Origin: Eledone cirrhosa
Taxonomy: Eukaryota
Assembly: GCA_964016885.1 (NCBI GenBank)
Contig: OZ024742.1
Coordinates: 343,046,001 to 343,110,000, forward strand
Direction: 5' to 3'
DNA length: 64,000 bases
A program made the translations under genes and the position numbers. Shown here piece by piece: positions 41,771-56,200 of this stretch. Within the stretch, counting starts at the first letter, position 1; each line of letters starts with the position of its first letter. The notes below the pieces were generated by a model. The model was not told the origin of the DNA. It saw nothing but the letters and a program-made list of their open reading frames with translations, and ran no database searches.

Positions 41771-43539
41771 AAGTATGTCAGCTCCAGTGGTATAAAGTAT
41801 GTGATCTACAGTGGTATGAAGTATGTGATCTCCAGTGGTATGAAGTATGTGATCTCCTGTGGTATGAAGTATGTGATCTACAGTGGTATGAAGTATGTGA
41901 TATCCTGTGGTATGAAGTATGTGATCTCCAGTGGTATGAAGTATGTGATCTCCAGTGGTATGAAGTATGTCATCTCCAGTGGTATGAAGTATGTGATCTC
42001 CAGTGGTATGAAGTATGTGATCTCCAGTGGTATGAAGTATGTGATATCCAGTGGTATGAAGTATGTGATCTACAGTGGTATGAAGTATGTGTTCTCCCGT
42101 GGTATGAAGTATGTGATATCCAGTGGTATGAAGTATGTGATCTACAGTGGTATGAAGTATCTCAGCTCCAGTGGTATGAAGTATGTGATCTCCTGTGGTA
42201 TGAATTATGTGATCTACAGTGGTATGAAGTATGTGATCTCCAGTGGTATGAAGTATGTGATCTACAGTGGTATGAAGTATGTGATCTCCTGTGGTATGAA
42301 GTATGTGATCTCCAGTGGTATGAAGTATGTCAGCTCCAGTGGTATGAAGTATGTGATCTCCAGTGGTATGAAGTATGTGATATCCAGTGGTATGAAGTAT
42401 GTCAGCTCCAGTGGTATGAAGTATGTGATCTCCTGTGCTATGAAGTATGTGATCTACAGTGGTATGAAGTATGTGATCTCCAGTGGTATGAAGTATGTGA
42501 TCTACAGTGGTATGAAGTATGTAATCTCCAGTGCTATGAAGTATGTGATCTCCAGTGGTATGAAGTATGTGATCTACAGTGGTATGAAGTATGTGATCTC
42601 CAGTGGTATGAAGTATGTCAGCTCCAGTGGTATGAAGTATGTGATCTCCTGTGGTATGAAGTATGTGATCTACAGTGGTATGAAGTATGTGATCTCCAGT
42701 GGTATGAAGTATGTGATCTACAGTGGAATGAAGTATGTAATCTTCAGTGGTATGAAGTATGTGATCTACAGTGGTATGAAGTATGTGATCTCCAGTGGTA
42801 TGAAGTATGTGATCTACAGTGGTATGAAGTATGTGATCTCCTGTGGTATGAAGTATGTAATCTCCAGTGGTATGAAGTATGTGATCTACAGTGGTATGAA
42901 GTATGTGATCTCCAGTGGTATGAAGTATGTCAGCTCCAGTGGTATGAAGTATGTGATCTCCTGTGGTATGAAGTATGTAATCTCCAGTGGTATGAAGTAT
43001 GTGATCTACAGTGGTATGAAGTATGTGATCTCCAGTGGTATGAAGTATGTGATCTCCAGTGGTATGAAGTATGTGATCCACAGTGGTATGATGTATGTGA
43101 TCTCCAGTGGTATGAAGTATGTTAGCTCCAGTGCTATGAAGTGTGTGATCTACAGTGGTATGAAGTATGTGATCTACAGTGGTATGAAGTATGTAATCTC
43201 CAGTGGTATGAAGTATGTGATCTACAGTGGTATGAAGTATGTGATTTACAGTGGTATGAACTATGTGATCTACAGTGGTATGAAGTATGTGATCTCCTGT
43301 GGTATGAAGTATGTGATCTACAGTGGTATGAAGTATGTGATCTCCAGTGGTCTGAAGTATGTGATCTACAGTGGTATGAAGTATGTGATATCCTGTGGTA
43401 TGAAGTATGTGATCTCCAGTGGTATGAAGTATGTCAGCTCCAGTGGTATGAAGTATGTGATCTCCTGTGGTATGAAGTATGTGATCTACAGTGGTATGAA
43501 GTATGTGATCTCCAGTGGTATGAAGTATGTGATCTACAG

Positions 43540-45200
43540 TGGTATGAACTATGTGATATCCTGTGGTATGAAGTATGTGATCTCCAGTGGTATGAAGTAA
43601 GTCAGCTCCAGTGGTATGAAGTATGTGATCTCCAGTGGTATGAGGTATGTGATCTACAGTGGTATGAAGTATGTGATCTCCTGTGGTATGAAGTATGTGA
43701 TCTACAGTGGTATGTAGTATGTTAGCTCCTGTGGTATGAAGTATGTGATCTCCAGTGGTATGAAGTATGTGATCTACAGTGGTATGAAGTATGTGATCTA
43801 CAGTGGTATGAAGTATGTGATCTACAGTGGTATGAAGTATGTGATCTACAGTGGTATGAAGTATGTGATATCCTGTGGTATGAAGTATGTGATATCCTGT
43901 GGTATGAAGTATGTGATCTCCAGTGGTATGAAGTATGTCAGCTCCAGTGTTATGAAGTATGTGATCTCCAGTGGTATGAAGTATGTGATCTACAGTGGTA
44001 TGAATTATGTGATCTCCTGTGGTATGAAGTATGTGATCTACAGTAGTATGAAGTATGTTAGCTCCTGTGGTATGATGTATGTGATCTCCAGTGGTATGAA
44101 GTATGTGATCTCCAGTGGTATGAAGTATGTGATTTACAGTGGTATGAAGTATGTGATCCACAGCGGTATGAAGTATGTGATCTATAGTGGTATGAAGTAT
44201 GTGATATCCTGTGGTATGAAGTATGTGATATCCTGTGGTATGAAGTATGTGATCTCCAGTGGTATGAAGTATGTGATCGCCAGTGGTATGAAGTATGTGA
44301 TCTCCAGTGGTATGAAGTATGTGATATCCTGTGGTATAAAGTATGTGATCTCCAGTGGTATGAAGTATGTGATCTCCAGTGGTATGAAGTATGTGATCTC
44401 CAGTGGTATGAAGTATGTGATCTACAGTGGTATGAAGTATGTGATCTCCAGTAGTATGAAGTACGTCAGCTCCAGTGGTATGAAGTATGTAATCTCCAGT
44501 GGTATGAAGTACGTCAACTCCAGTGGTATGAAGTATGTGATCTCCAGTGGTATGAAGTATGTGATCTCCAGTGGTATGAAGTATGTGATCTCCAGTGGTA
44601 TGAAGTATGTCAGCTCCAGTGGTATGAAGTATGTGATATCCTGTGGTATGAAGTATGTGATCTACAGTGGTATGAAGTATGTGATCTACAGTGGTATGAA
44701 GTATGTGATCTCCAGTGGTATGAAGTATGTGATCTCCAGTGGTATGAAGCATGTGATCTACAGTGGTATGAAGTATGTGATATCCCGTGGTATGAAGTAT
44801 GTGATCTCCAGTGGTATGAAGTATGTGATCTCCAGTGGTATGAAGTATGTGATATCCTGTGGTATGAAGTATGTGATATCCTGTGGTATGAAGTATGTGA
44901 TCTACAGTGGTATGAAGTATGTGATATCCTGTGGTATGAAGTATGTGATATCCTGTGGTATGAAGTATGTGATCTACAGTGGTATGAAGTATGTGATATC
45001 CTGTGGTATGAAGTATGTGATCTCCAGTGGTATGAAGTATGTGATATACCGTGGTATGAAGTATGTGATCTCCAGTGGTATGAAGTATGTGATCTCCAGT
45101 GGTATGAAGTATGTGATCTACAGTGGTATGAAGTATGTGATATCCTGTGGTATGAAGTATGTGATATCCTGTGGTATGAAGTATGTGATCTACAGTGGTA
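43540..45200. repeat. About 1.6-kb block with dispersed copies at about 58600-60190 and 62650-64000 (the last truncated by the window edge)
   Basis: Shared ordered variants GTAAGTC, GAGGTA, AGTGTTATG, GATCCACAGCGG, GATCTATAG, GATCGCC, GTACGTCAGC, GTACGTCAAC, AAGCATG (44752/59790/63861) and GATATCCCGT. Confidence 0.9.
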
Positions 45201-48200
45201 TGAATATGTGATCTACAGTGGTATGAAGTATGTGATCTCCAGTAGTATGAAGTATGTGATCTACAGTGGTATGAAGTATGTGATCTACAGTGGTATGAAG
45301 TATGTGATCTACAGTGGTATGAAGTATGTGATCTACAGTGGTATGAAGTATGTGATCTACAGTGGTATGCAGTATGTGATCTACAGTGGTATGAAGTATG
45401 TGATCTACAGTGGTATGAAGTATGTGATCTACAGTGGTATGAAGTATGTCAGCTCCAGTGGTATGAAGTATGTGATCTACAGTGGTATGAAGTATGTGAT
45501 CTACAGTGGTATGAAGTATGTGATATCCTGTGGTATGAAGTATGTGATCTCCTGTGGTATGATGTATGTGATATCCTGTGGTATGAAGTATGTGATATCC
45601 AGTGGTGTGAAGTATGTGATCTACAGTGGTATGAAGTATGTGATCTACAGTGGTATGAAGTATGTGATATCCTGTGGTATGAAGTATGTGATCTACAGTG
45701 GTATGAAGTATGTGATATCCTGTGGTATGAAGTATGTGATATCCTGTGGTATGAAGTATGTGATCTACAGTGGTATGAAGTATGTGATATCCTGTGGTAT
45801 GAAGTATGTGATCTCCAGTGGTATGAAGTATGTGATATCCTGTGGTATGAAGTATGAGATATCCTGTGGTATGAAGTATGTGATCTACAGTGGTATGATG
45901 TATGTAATCTCCAGTGGTATGAAGTATGTGATCTACAGTGGTATGAAGTATGTAATCTCCAGTGGTATGAAGTATGTGATCTCCAGTGGTATGAAGTATG
46001 TGATCTCCAGTGGTATGAAGTATGTGATCTCCAGTGGTATGAAGTATGTGAACTCCAGTGGTATGAAGTATGTAATCTCCAGTGGTATGAAGTATGTGAT
46101 TGTGGTATGAAGTATGTGATCTCCAGTAGTATGAAGTATTTCAGCTCCAGTGGTATGAAGTATGTCAGCTCCAGTGGTATAAAGTATGTGATCTACAGTG
46201 GTATGAAGTATGTGATCTCCAGTGGTATGAAGTATGTGATCTCCTGTGGTATGAAGTATGTGATCTACAGTGGTATGAAGTATGTGATATCCTGTGGTAT
46301 GAAGTATGTGATCTCCAGTGGTATGAAGTATGTGATCTCCAGTGGTATGAAGTATGTCATCTCCAGTGGTATGAAGTATGTGATCTCCAGTGGTATGAAG
46401 TATGTGATCTCCAGTGGTATGAAGTATGTGATATCCAGTGGTATGAAGTATGTGATCTACAGTGGTATGAAGTATGTGTTCTCCCGTGGTGTGAAGTATG
46501 TGATATCCAGTGGTATGAAGTATGTGATCTACAGTGGTATGAAGTATCTCAGCTCCAGTGGTATGAAGTATGTGATCTCCTGTGGTATGAATTATGTGAT
46601 CTACAGTGGTATGAAGTATGTGATCTCCAGTGGTATGAAGTATGTGATCTACAGTGGTATGAAGTATGTGATCTCCTGTGGTATGAAGTATGTGATCTCC
46701 AGTGGTATGAAGTATGTCAGCTCCAGTGGTATGAAGTATGTGATCTCCAGTGGTATGAAGTATGTGATATCCAGTGGTATGAAGTATGTCAGCTCCAGTG
46801 GTATGAAGTATGTGATCTCCTGTGGTATGAAGTATGTGATCTACAGTGGTATGAAGTATGTGATCTCCAGTGGTATGAAGTATGTGATCTACAGTGGTAT
46901 GAAGTATGTAATCTCCAGTGCTATGAAGTATGTGATCTCCAGTGGTATGAAGTATGTGATCTACAGTGGTATGAAGTATGTGATCTCCAGTGGTATGAAG
47001 TATGTCAGCTCCAGTGGTATGAAGTATGTGATCTCCTGTGGTATGAAGTATGTGATCTACAGTGGTATGAAGTATGTGATCTCCAGTGGTATGAAGTATG
47101 TGATCTACAGTGGAATGAAGTATGTAATCTCCAGTGGTATGAAGTATGTGATCTACAGTGGTATGAAGTATGTGATCTCCAGTGGTATGAAGTATGTGAT
47201 CTACAGTGGTATGAAGTATGTGATCTCCTGTGGTATGAAGTATGTAATCTCCAGTGGTATGAAGTATGTGATCTACAGTGGTATGAAGTATGTGATCTCC
47301 AGTGGTATGAAGTATGTCAGCTCCAGTGGTATGAAGTATGTGATATCCTGTGGTATGAAGTATGTGATATCCTGTGGTATGAAGTATGTGATCTACAGTG
47401 GTATGAAGTATGTGATATCCTGTGGTATGAAGTATGTGATATCCTGTGGTATGAAGTATGTGATCTACAGTGGTATGAAGTATGTGATATCCTGTGGTAT
47501 GAAGTATGTGATCTCCAGTGGTATGAAGTATGTGATATACCGTGGTATGAAGTATGTGATCTCCAGTGGTATGAAGTATGTGATCTCCAGTGGTATGAAG
47601 TATGTGATCTACAGTGGTATGAAGTATGTGATATCCTGTGGTATGAAGTATGTGATATCCTGTGGTATGAAGTATGTGATCTACAGTGGTATGAATATGT
47701 GATCTACAGTGGTATGAAGTATGTGATCTCCAGTAGTATGAAGTATGTGATCTACAGTGGTATGAAGTATGTGATCTACAGTGGTATGAAGTATGTGATC
47801 TACAGTGGTATGAAGTATGTGATCTACAGTGGTATGAAGTATGTGATCTACAGTGGTATGCAGTATGTGATCTACAGTGGTATGAAGTATGTGATCTACA
47901 GTGGTATGAAGTATGTGATCTACAGTGGTATGAAGTATGTCAGCTCCAGTGGTATGAAGTATGTGATCTACAGTGGTATGAAGTATGTGATCTACAGTGG
48001 TATGAAGTATGTGATATCCTGTGGTATGAAGTATGTGATCTCCTGTGGTATGATGTATGTGATATCCTGTGGTATGAAGTATGTGATATCCAGTGGTGTG
48101 AAGTATGTGATCTACAGTGGTATGAAGTATGTGATCTACAGTGGTATGAAGTATGTGATATCCTGTGGTATGAAGTATGTGATCTACAGTGGTATGAAGT

Positions 48201-49831
48201 ATGTGATATCCTGTGGTATGAAGTATGTGATATCCTGTGGTATGAAGTATGTGATCTACAGTGGTATGAAGTATGTGATATCCTGTGGTATGAAGTATGT
48301 GATCTCCAGTGGTATGAAGTATGTGATATCCTGTGGTATGAAGTATGAGATATCCTGTGGTATGAAGTATGTGATCTACAGTGGTATGATGTATGTAATC
48401 TCCAGTGGTATGAAGTATGTGATCTACAGTGGTATGAAGTATGTAATCTCCAGTGGTATGAAGTATGTGATCTCCAGTGGTATGAAGTATGTGATCTCCA
48501 GTGGTATGAAGTATGTGATCTCCAGTGGTATGAAGTATGTGAACTCCAGTGGTATGAAGTATGTAATCTCCAGTGGTATGAAGTATGTGATTGTGGTATG
48601 AAGTATGTGATCTCCAGTAGTATGAAGTATTTCAGCTCCAGTGGTATGAAGTATGTCAGCTCCAGTGGTATAAAGTATGTGATCTACAGTGGTATGAAGT
48701 ATGTGATCTCCAGTGGTATGAAGTATGTGATCTCCTGTGGTATGAAGTATGTGATCTACAGTGGTATGAAGTATGTGATATCCTGTGGTATGAAGTATGT
48801 GATCTCCAGTGGTATGAAGTATGTGATCTCCAGTGGTATGAAGTATGTCATCTCCAGTGGTATGAAGTATGTGATCTCCAGTGGTATGAAGTATGTGATC
48901 TCCAGTGGTATGAAGTATGTGATATCCAGTGGTATGAAGTATGTGATCTACAGTGGTATGAAGTATGTGTTCTCCCGTGGTGTGAAGTATGTGATATCCA
49001 GTGGTATGAAGTATGTGATCTACAGTGGTATGAAGTATCTCAGCTCCAGTGGTATGAAGTATGTGATCTCCTGTGGTATGAATTATGTGATCTACAGTGG
49101 TATGAAGTATGTGATCTCCAGTGGTATGAAGTATGTGATCTACAGTGGTATGAAGTATGTGATCTCCTGTGGTATGAAGTATGTGATCTCCAGTGGTATG
49201 AAGTATGTCAGCTCCAGTGGTATGAAGTATGTGATCTCCAGTGGTATGAAGTATGTGATATCCAGTGGTATGAAGTATGTCAGCTCCAGTGGTATGAAGT
49301 ATGTGATCTCCTGTGGTATGAAGTATGTGATCTACAGTGGTATGAAGTATGTGATCTCCAGTGGTATGAAGTATGTGATCTACAGTGGTATGAAGTATGT
49401 AATCTCCAGTGCTATGAAGTATGTGATCTCCAGTGGTATGAAGTATGTGATCTACAGTGGTATGAAGTATGTGATCTCCAGTGGTATGAAGTATGTCAGC
49501 TCCAGTGGTATGAAGTATGTGATCTCCTGTGGTATGAAGTATGTGATCTACAGTGGTATGAAGTATGTGATCTCCAGTGGTATGAAGTATGTGATCTACA
49601 GTGGAATGAAGTATGTAATCTCCAGTGGTATGAAGTATGTGATCTACAGTGGTATGAAGTATGTGATCTCCAGTGGTATGAAGTATGTGATCTACAGTGG
49701 TATGAAGTATGTGATCTCCTGTGGTATGAAGTATGTAATCTCCAGTGGTATGAAGTATGTGATCTACAGTGGTATGAAGTATGTGATCTCCAGTGGTATG
49801 AAGTATGTCAGCTCCAGTGGTATGAAGTATG
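44850..49831. repeat. 2491-bp tandem duplication (104 monomers minus 5 bp), junction near 47340
   Basis: GTGATATACC 45041/47532 and ORF starts 45208/47699 and 46107/48598, all at offset 2491. Confidence 0.9.
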
Positions 49832-52800
49832 TGATCTCCTGTGGTATGAAGTATGTGATCTACAGTGGTATGAAGTATGTGATCTCCAGTGGTATGATGT
49901 ATGTGATCCACAGTGGTATGATGTATGTGATCTCCAGTGGTATGAAGTATGTTAGCTCCAGTGCTATGAAGTGTGTGATCTACAGTGGTATGAAGTATGT
50001 GATCTACAGTGGTATGAAGTATGTAATCTCCAGTGGTATGAAGTATGTGATCTACAGTGGTATGAAGTATGTGATTTACAGTGGTATGAACTATGTGATC
50101 TACAGTGGTATGAAGTATGTGATCTCCTGTGGTATGAAGTATGTGATCTACAGTGGTATGAAGTATGTGATCTCCAGTGGTCTGAAGTATGTGATCTACA
50201 GTGGTATGAAGTATGTGATATCCTGTGGTATGAAGTATGTGATCTCCAGTGGTATGAAGTATGTCAGCTCCAGTGGTATGAAGTATGTGATCTCCTGTGG
50301 TATGAAGTATGTGATCTACAGTGGTATGAAGTATGTGATCTCCAGTGATATGAAGTATGTGATCTACAGTGGTATGAAGTATGTGATATCCTGTGGTATG
50401 AAGTATGTGATCTCCAGTGGTATGAAGTAAGTCAGCTCCAGTGGTATGAAGTATGTGATCTCCAGTGGTATGAGGTATGTGATCTACAGTGGTATGAAGT
50501 ATGTGATCTCCTGTGGTATGAAGTATGTGATCTACAGTGGTATGAAGTATGTTAGCTCCTGTGGTATGAAGTATGTGATCTCCAGTGGTATGAAGTATGT
50601 GATCTACAGTGGTATGAAGTATGTGATCTACAGTGGTATGAAGTATGTGATCTACAGTGGTATGAAGTATGTAATCTCCAGTGGTATGAAGTATGTGATC
50701 TACAGTGGTATGAAGTATGTGATCTCCAGTGGTATGAAGTATGTCAGCTCCAGTGGTATGAAGTATGTGATCTCCTGTGGTATGAAGTATGTGATCTACA
50801 GTGGTATGAAGTATGTGATCTCCAGTGGTATGAAGTATGTGATCCACAGTGGTATGATGTATGTGATCTCCAGTGGTATGAAGTATGTTAGCTCCAGTGC
50901 TATGAAGTGTGTGATCTACAGTGGTATGAAGTATGTGATCTACAGTGGTATGAAGTATGTAATCTCCAGTGGTATGAAGTATGTGATCTACAGTGGTATG
51001 AAGTATGTGATTTACAGTGGTATGAACTATGTGATCTACAGTGGTATGAAGTATGTGATCTCCTGTGGTATGAAGTATGTGATCTACAGTGGTATGAAGT
51101 ATGTGATCTCCAGTGGTATGAAGTATGTGATCTACAGTGGTATGAAGTATGTGTTCTCCCGTGGTGTGAAGTATGTGATATCCAGTGGTATGAAGTATGT
51201 GATCTACAGTGGTATGAAGTATCTCAGCTCCAGTGGTATGAAGTATGTGATCTCCTGTGGTATGAATTATGTGATCTACAGTGGTATGAAGTATGTGATC
51301 TCCAGTGGTATGAAGTATGTGATCTACAGTGGTATGAAGTATGTGATCTCCTGTGGTATGAAGTATGTGATCTCCAGTGGTATGAAGTATGTCAGCTCCA
51401 GTGGTATGAAGTATGTGATCTCCAGTGGTATGAAGTATGTGATATCCAGTGGTATGAAGTATGTCAGCTCCAGTGGTATGAAGTATGTGATCTCCTGTGG
51501 TATGAAGTATGTGATCTACAGTGGTATGAAGTATGTGATCTCCAGTGGTATGAAGTATGTGATCTACAGTGGTATGAAGTATGTAATCTCCAGTGCTATG
51601 AAGTATGTGATCTCCAGTGGTATGAAGTATGTGATCTACAGTGGTATGAAGTATGTGATCTCCAGTGGTATGAAGTATGTCAGCTCCAGTGGTATGAAGT
51701 ATGTGATCTCCTGTGGTATGAAGTATGTGATCTACAGTGGTATGAAGTATGTGATCTCCAGTGGTATGAAGTATGTGATCTACAGTGGAATGAAGTATGT
51801 AATCTCCAGTGGTATGAAGTATGTGATCTACAGTGGTATGAAGTATGTGATCTCCAGTGGTATGAAGTATGTGATCTACAGTGGTATGAAGTATGTGATC
51901 TCCTGTGGTATGAAGTATGTAATCTCCAGTGGTATGAAGTATGTGATCTACAGTGGTATGAAGTATGTGATCTCCAGTGGTATGAAGTATGTCAGCTCCA
52001 GTGGTATGAAGTATGTGATCTCCTGTGGTATGAAGTATGTGATCTACAGTGGTATGAAGTATGTGATCTCCAGTGGTATGATGTATGTGATCCACAGTGG
52101 TATGATGTATGTGATCTCCAGTGGTATGAAGTATGTTAGCTCCAGTGCTATGAAGTGTGTGATCTACAGTGGTATGAAGTATGTGATCTACAGTGGTATG
52201 AAGTATGTAATCTCCAGTGGTATGAAGTATGTGATCTACAGTGGTATGAAGTATGTGATTTACAGTGGTATGAACTATGTGATCTACAGTGGTATGAAGT
52301 ATGTGATCTCCTGTGGTATGAAGTATGTGATCTACAGTGGTATGAAGTATGTGATCTCCAGTGGTCTGAAGTATGTGATCTACAGTGGTATGAAGTATGT
52401 GATATCCTGTGGTATGAAGTATGTGATCTCCAGTGGTATGAAGTATGTCAGCTCCAGTGGTATGAAGTATGTGATCTCCTGTGGTATGAAGTATGTGATC
52501 TACAGTGGTATGAAGTATGTGATCTCCAGTGATATGAAGTATGTGATCTACAGTGGTATGAAGTATGTGATATCCTGTGGTATGAAGTATGTGATCTCCA
52601 GTGGTATGAAGTAAGTCAGCTCCAGTGGTATGAAGTATGTGATCTCCAGTGGTATGAGGTATGTGATCTACAGTGGTATGAAGTATGTGATCTCCTGTGG
52701 TATGAAGTATGTGATCTACAGTGGTATGAAGTATGTTAGCTCCTGTGGTATGAAGTATGTGATCTCCAGTGGTATGAAGTATGTGATCTACAGTGGTATG

Positions 52801-53295
52801 AAGTATGTGATCTACAGTGGTATGAAGTATGTGATCTACAGTGGTATGAAGTATGTAATCTCCAGTGGTATGAAGTATGTGATCTACAGTGGTATGAAGT
52901 ATGTGATCTCCAGTGGTATGAAGTATGTCAGCTCCAGTGGTATGAAGTATGTGATCTCCTGTGGTATGAAGTATGTGATCTACAGTGGTATGAAGTATGT
53001 GATCTCCAGTGGTATGAAGTATGTGATCCACAGTGGTATGATGTATGTGATCTCCAGTGGTATGAAGTATGTTAGCTCCAGTGCTATGAAGTGTGTGATC
53101 TACAGTGGTATGAAGTATGTGATCTACAGTGGTATGAAGTATGTAATCTCCAGTGGTATGAAGTATGTGATCTACAGTGGTATGAAGTATGTGATTTACA
53201 GTGGTATGAACTATGTGATCTACAGTGGTATGAAGTATGTGATCTCCTGTGGTATGAAGTATGTGATCTACAGTGGTATGAAGTATGTGATCTCC
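48930..53295. repeat. 2184-bp (91-monomer) tandem duplication
   Basis: GTGTTCTCCCGTGGTGTG 48967/51151, TAA variant 50430/52614 and AGTGTGTG-marker ORF starts 49971/52155 and 50907/53091. Confidence 0.88.
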
Positions 53296-56200
53296 AGTGG
53301 TCTGAAGTATGTGATCTACAGTGGAATGAAGTATGTAATCTCCAGTGGTATGAAGTATGTGATCTACAGTGGTATGAAGTATGTGATCTCCAGTGGTATG
53401 AAGTATGTGATCTACAGTGGTATGAAGTATGTGATCTCCTGTGGTATGAAGTATGTAATCTCCAGTGGTATGAAGTATGTGATCTACAGTGGTATGAAGT
53501 ATGTGATCTCCAGTGGTATGAAGTATGTCAGCTCCAGTGGTATGAAGTATGTGATCTCCTGTGGTATGAAGTATGTGATCTACAGTGGTATGAAGTATGT
53601 GATCTCCAGTGGTATGATGTATGTGATCCACAGTGGTATGATGTATGTGATCTCCAGTGGTATGAAGTATGTTAGCTCCAGTGCTATGAAGTGTGTGATC
53701 TACAGTGGTATGAAGTATGTGATCTACAGTGGTATGAAGTATGTAATCTCCAGTGGTATGAAGTATGTGATCTACAGTGGTATGAAGTATGTGATTTACA
53801 GTGGTATGAACTATGTGATCTACAGTGGTATGAAGTATGTGATCTCCTGTGGTATGAAGTATGTGATCTACAGTGGTATGAAGTATGTGATCTCCAGTGG
53901 TCTGAAGTATGTGATCTACAGTGGTATGAAGTATGTGATATCCTGTGGTATGAAGTATGTGATCTCCAGTGGTATGAAGTATGTCAGCTCCAGTGGTATG
54001 AAGTCTGTGATCTCCTGTGGTATGAAGTATGTGATCTACAGTGGTATGAAGTATGTGATCTCCAGTGATATGAAGTATGTGATCTACAGTGGTATGAAGT
54101 ATGTGATATCCTGTGGTATGAAGTATGTGATCTCCAGTGGTATGAAGTAAGTCAGCTCCAGTGGTATGAAGTATGTGATCTCCAGTGGTATGAGGTATGT
54201 GATCTACAGTGGTATGAAGTATGTGATCTCCTGTGGTATGAAGTATGTGATCTACAGTGGTATGAAGTATGTTAGCTCCTGTGGTATGAAGTATGTGATC
54301 TCCAGTGGTATGAAGTATGTGATCTACAGTGGTATGAAGTATGTGATCTACAGTGGTATGAAGTATGTGATCTACAGTGGTATGAAGTATGTAATCTCCA
54401 GTGGTATGAAGTATGTGATCTACAGTGGTATGAAGTATGTGATCTCCAGTGGTATGAAGTATGTCAGCTCCAGTGGTATGAAGTATGTGATCTCCTGTGG
54501 TATGAAGTATGTGATCTACAGTGGTATGAAGTATGTGATCTCCAGTGGTATGAAGTATGTGATCCACAGTGGTATGATGTATGTGATCTCCAGTGGTATG
54601 AAGTATGTTAGCTCCAGTGCTATGAAGTGTGTGATCTACAGTGGTATGAAGTATGTGATCTACAGTGGTATGAAGTATGTAATCTCCAGTGGTATGAAGT
54701 ATGTGATCTACAGTGGTATGAAGTATGTGATTTACAGTGGTATGAACTATGTGATCTACAGTGGTATGAAGTATGTGATCTCCTGTGGTATGAAGTATGT
54801 GATCTACAGTGGTATGAAGTATGTGATCTCCAGTGGTCTGAAGTATGTGATCTACAGTGGTATGAAGTATGTGATATCCTGTGGTATGAAGTATGTGATC
54901 TCCAGTGGTATGAAGTATGTCAGCTCCAGTGGTATGAAGTATGTGATCTCCTGTGGTATGAAGTATGTGATCTACAGTGGTATGAATTATGTGATCTCCT
55001 GTGGTATGAAGTATGTGATCTACAGTGGTATGAACTATGTGATATCCTGTGGTATGAAGTATGTGATCTCCAGTGGTATGAAGTAAGTCAGCTCCAGTGG
55101 TATGAAGTATGTGATCTCCAGTGGTATGAGGTATGTGATCTACAGTGGTATGAAGTATGTGATCTCCTGTGGTATGAAGTATGTGATCTACAGTGGTATG
55201 AAGTATGTTAGCTCCTGTGGTATGAAGTATGTGATCTCCAGTGGTATGAAGTATGTGATCTACAGTGGTATGAAGTATGTGATCTACAGTGGTATGAAGT
55301 ATGTGATCTACAGTGGTATGAAGTATGTGATCTACAGTGGTATGAAGTATGTGATATCCTGTGGTATGAAGTATGTGATATCCTGTGGTATGAAGTATGT
55401 GATCTCCAGTGGTATGAAGTATGTCAGCTCCAGTGTTATGAAGTATGTGATCTCCAGTGGTATGAAGTATGTGATCTACAGTGGTATGAATTATGTGATC
55501 TCCTGTGGTATGAAGTATGTGATCTACAGTAGTATGAAGTATGTTAGCTCCTGTGGTATGATGTATGTGATCTCCAGTGGTATGAAGTATGTGATCTCCA
55601 GTGGTATGATGTATGTGATATCCTGTGGTATGAAGTATGTGATATCCAGTGGTGTGAAGTATGTGATCTACAGTGGTATGAAGTATGTGATCTACAGTGG
55701 TATGAAGTATGTGATATCCTGTGGTATGAAGTATGTGATCTACAGTGGTATGAAGTATGTGATATCCTGTGGTATGAAGTATGTGATATCCTGTTGTATG
55801 AAGTATGTGATCTACAGTGGTATGAAGTATGTGATATCCTGTGGTATGAAGTATGTGATCTCCAGTGGTATGAAGTATGTGATATCCTGTGGTATGAAGT
55901 ATGAGATATCCTGTGGTATGAAGTATGTGATCTACAGTGGTATGATGTATGTAATCTCCAGTGGTATGAAGTATGTGATCTACAGTGGTATGAAGTATGT
56001 AATCTACAGTGGTATGAAGTATGTGATCTCCAGTGGTATGAAGTATGTGATCTCCTGTGGTATGAAGTATGTGATATCCTGTGGTATGAAGTATGTGATC
56101 TCCAGTGGTATGAAGTATGTGATCTCCAGTGGTATGAAGTATGTCATCTCCAGTGGTATGAAGTATGTGATCTCCAGTGGTATGAAGTATGTGATCTCCA

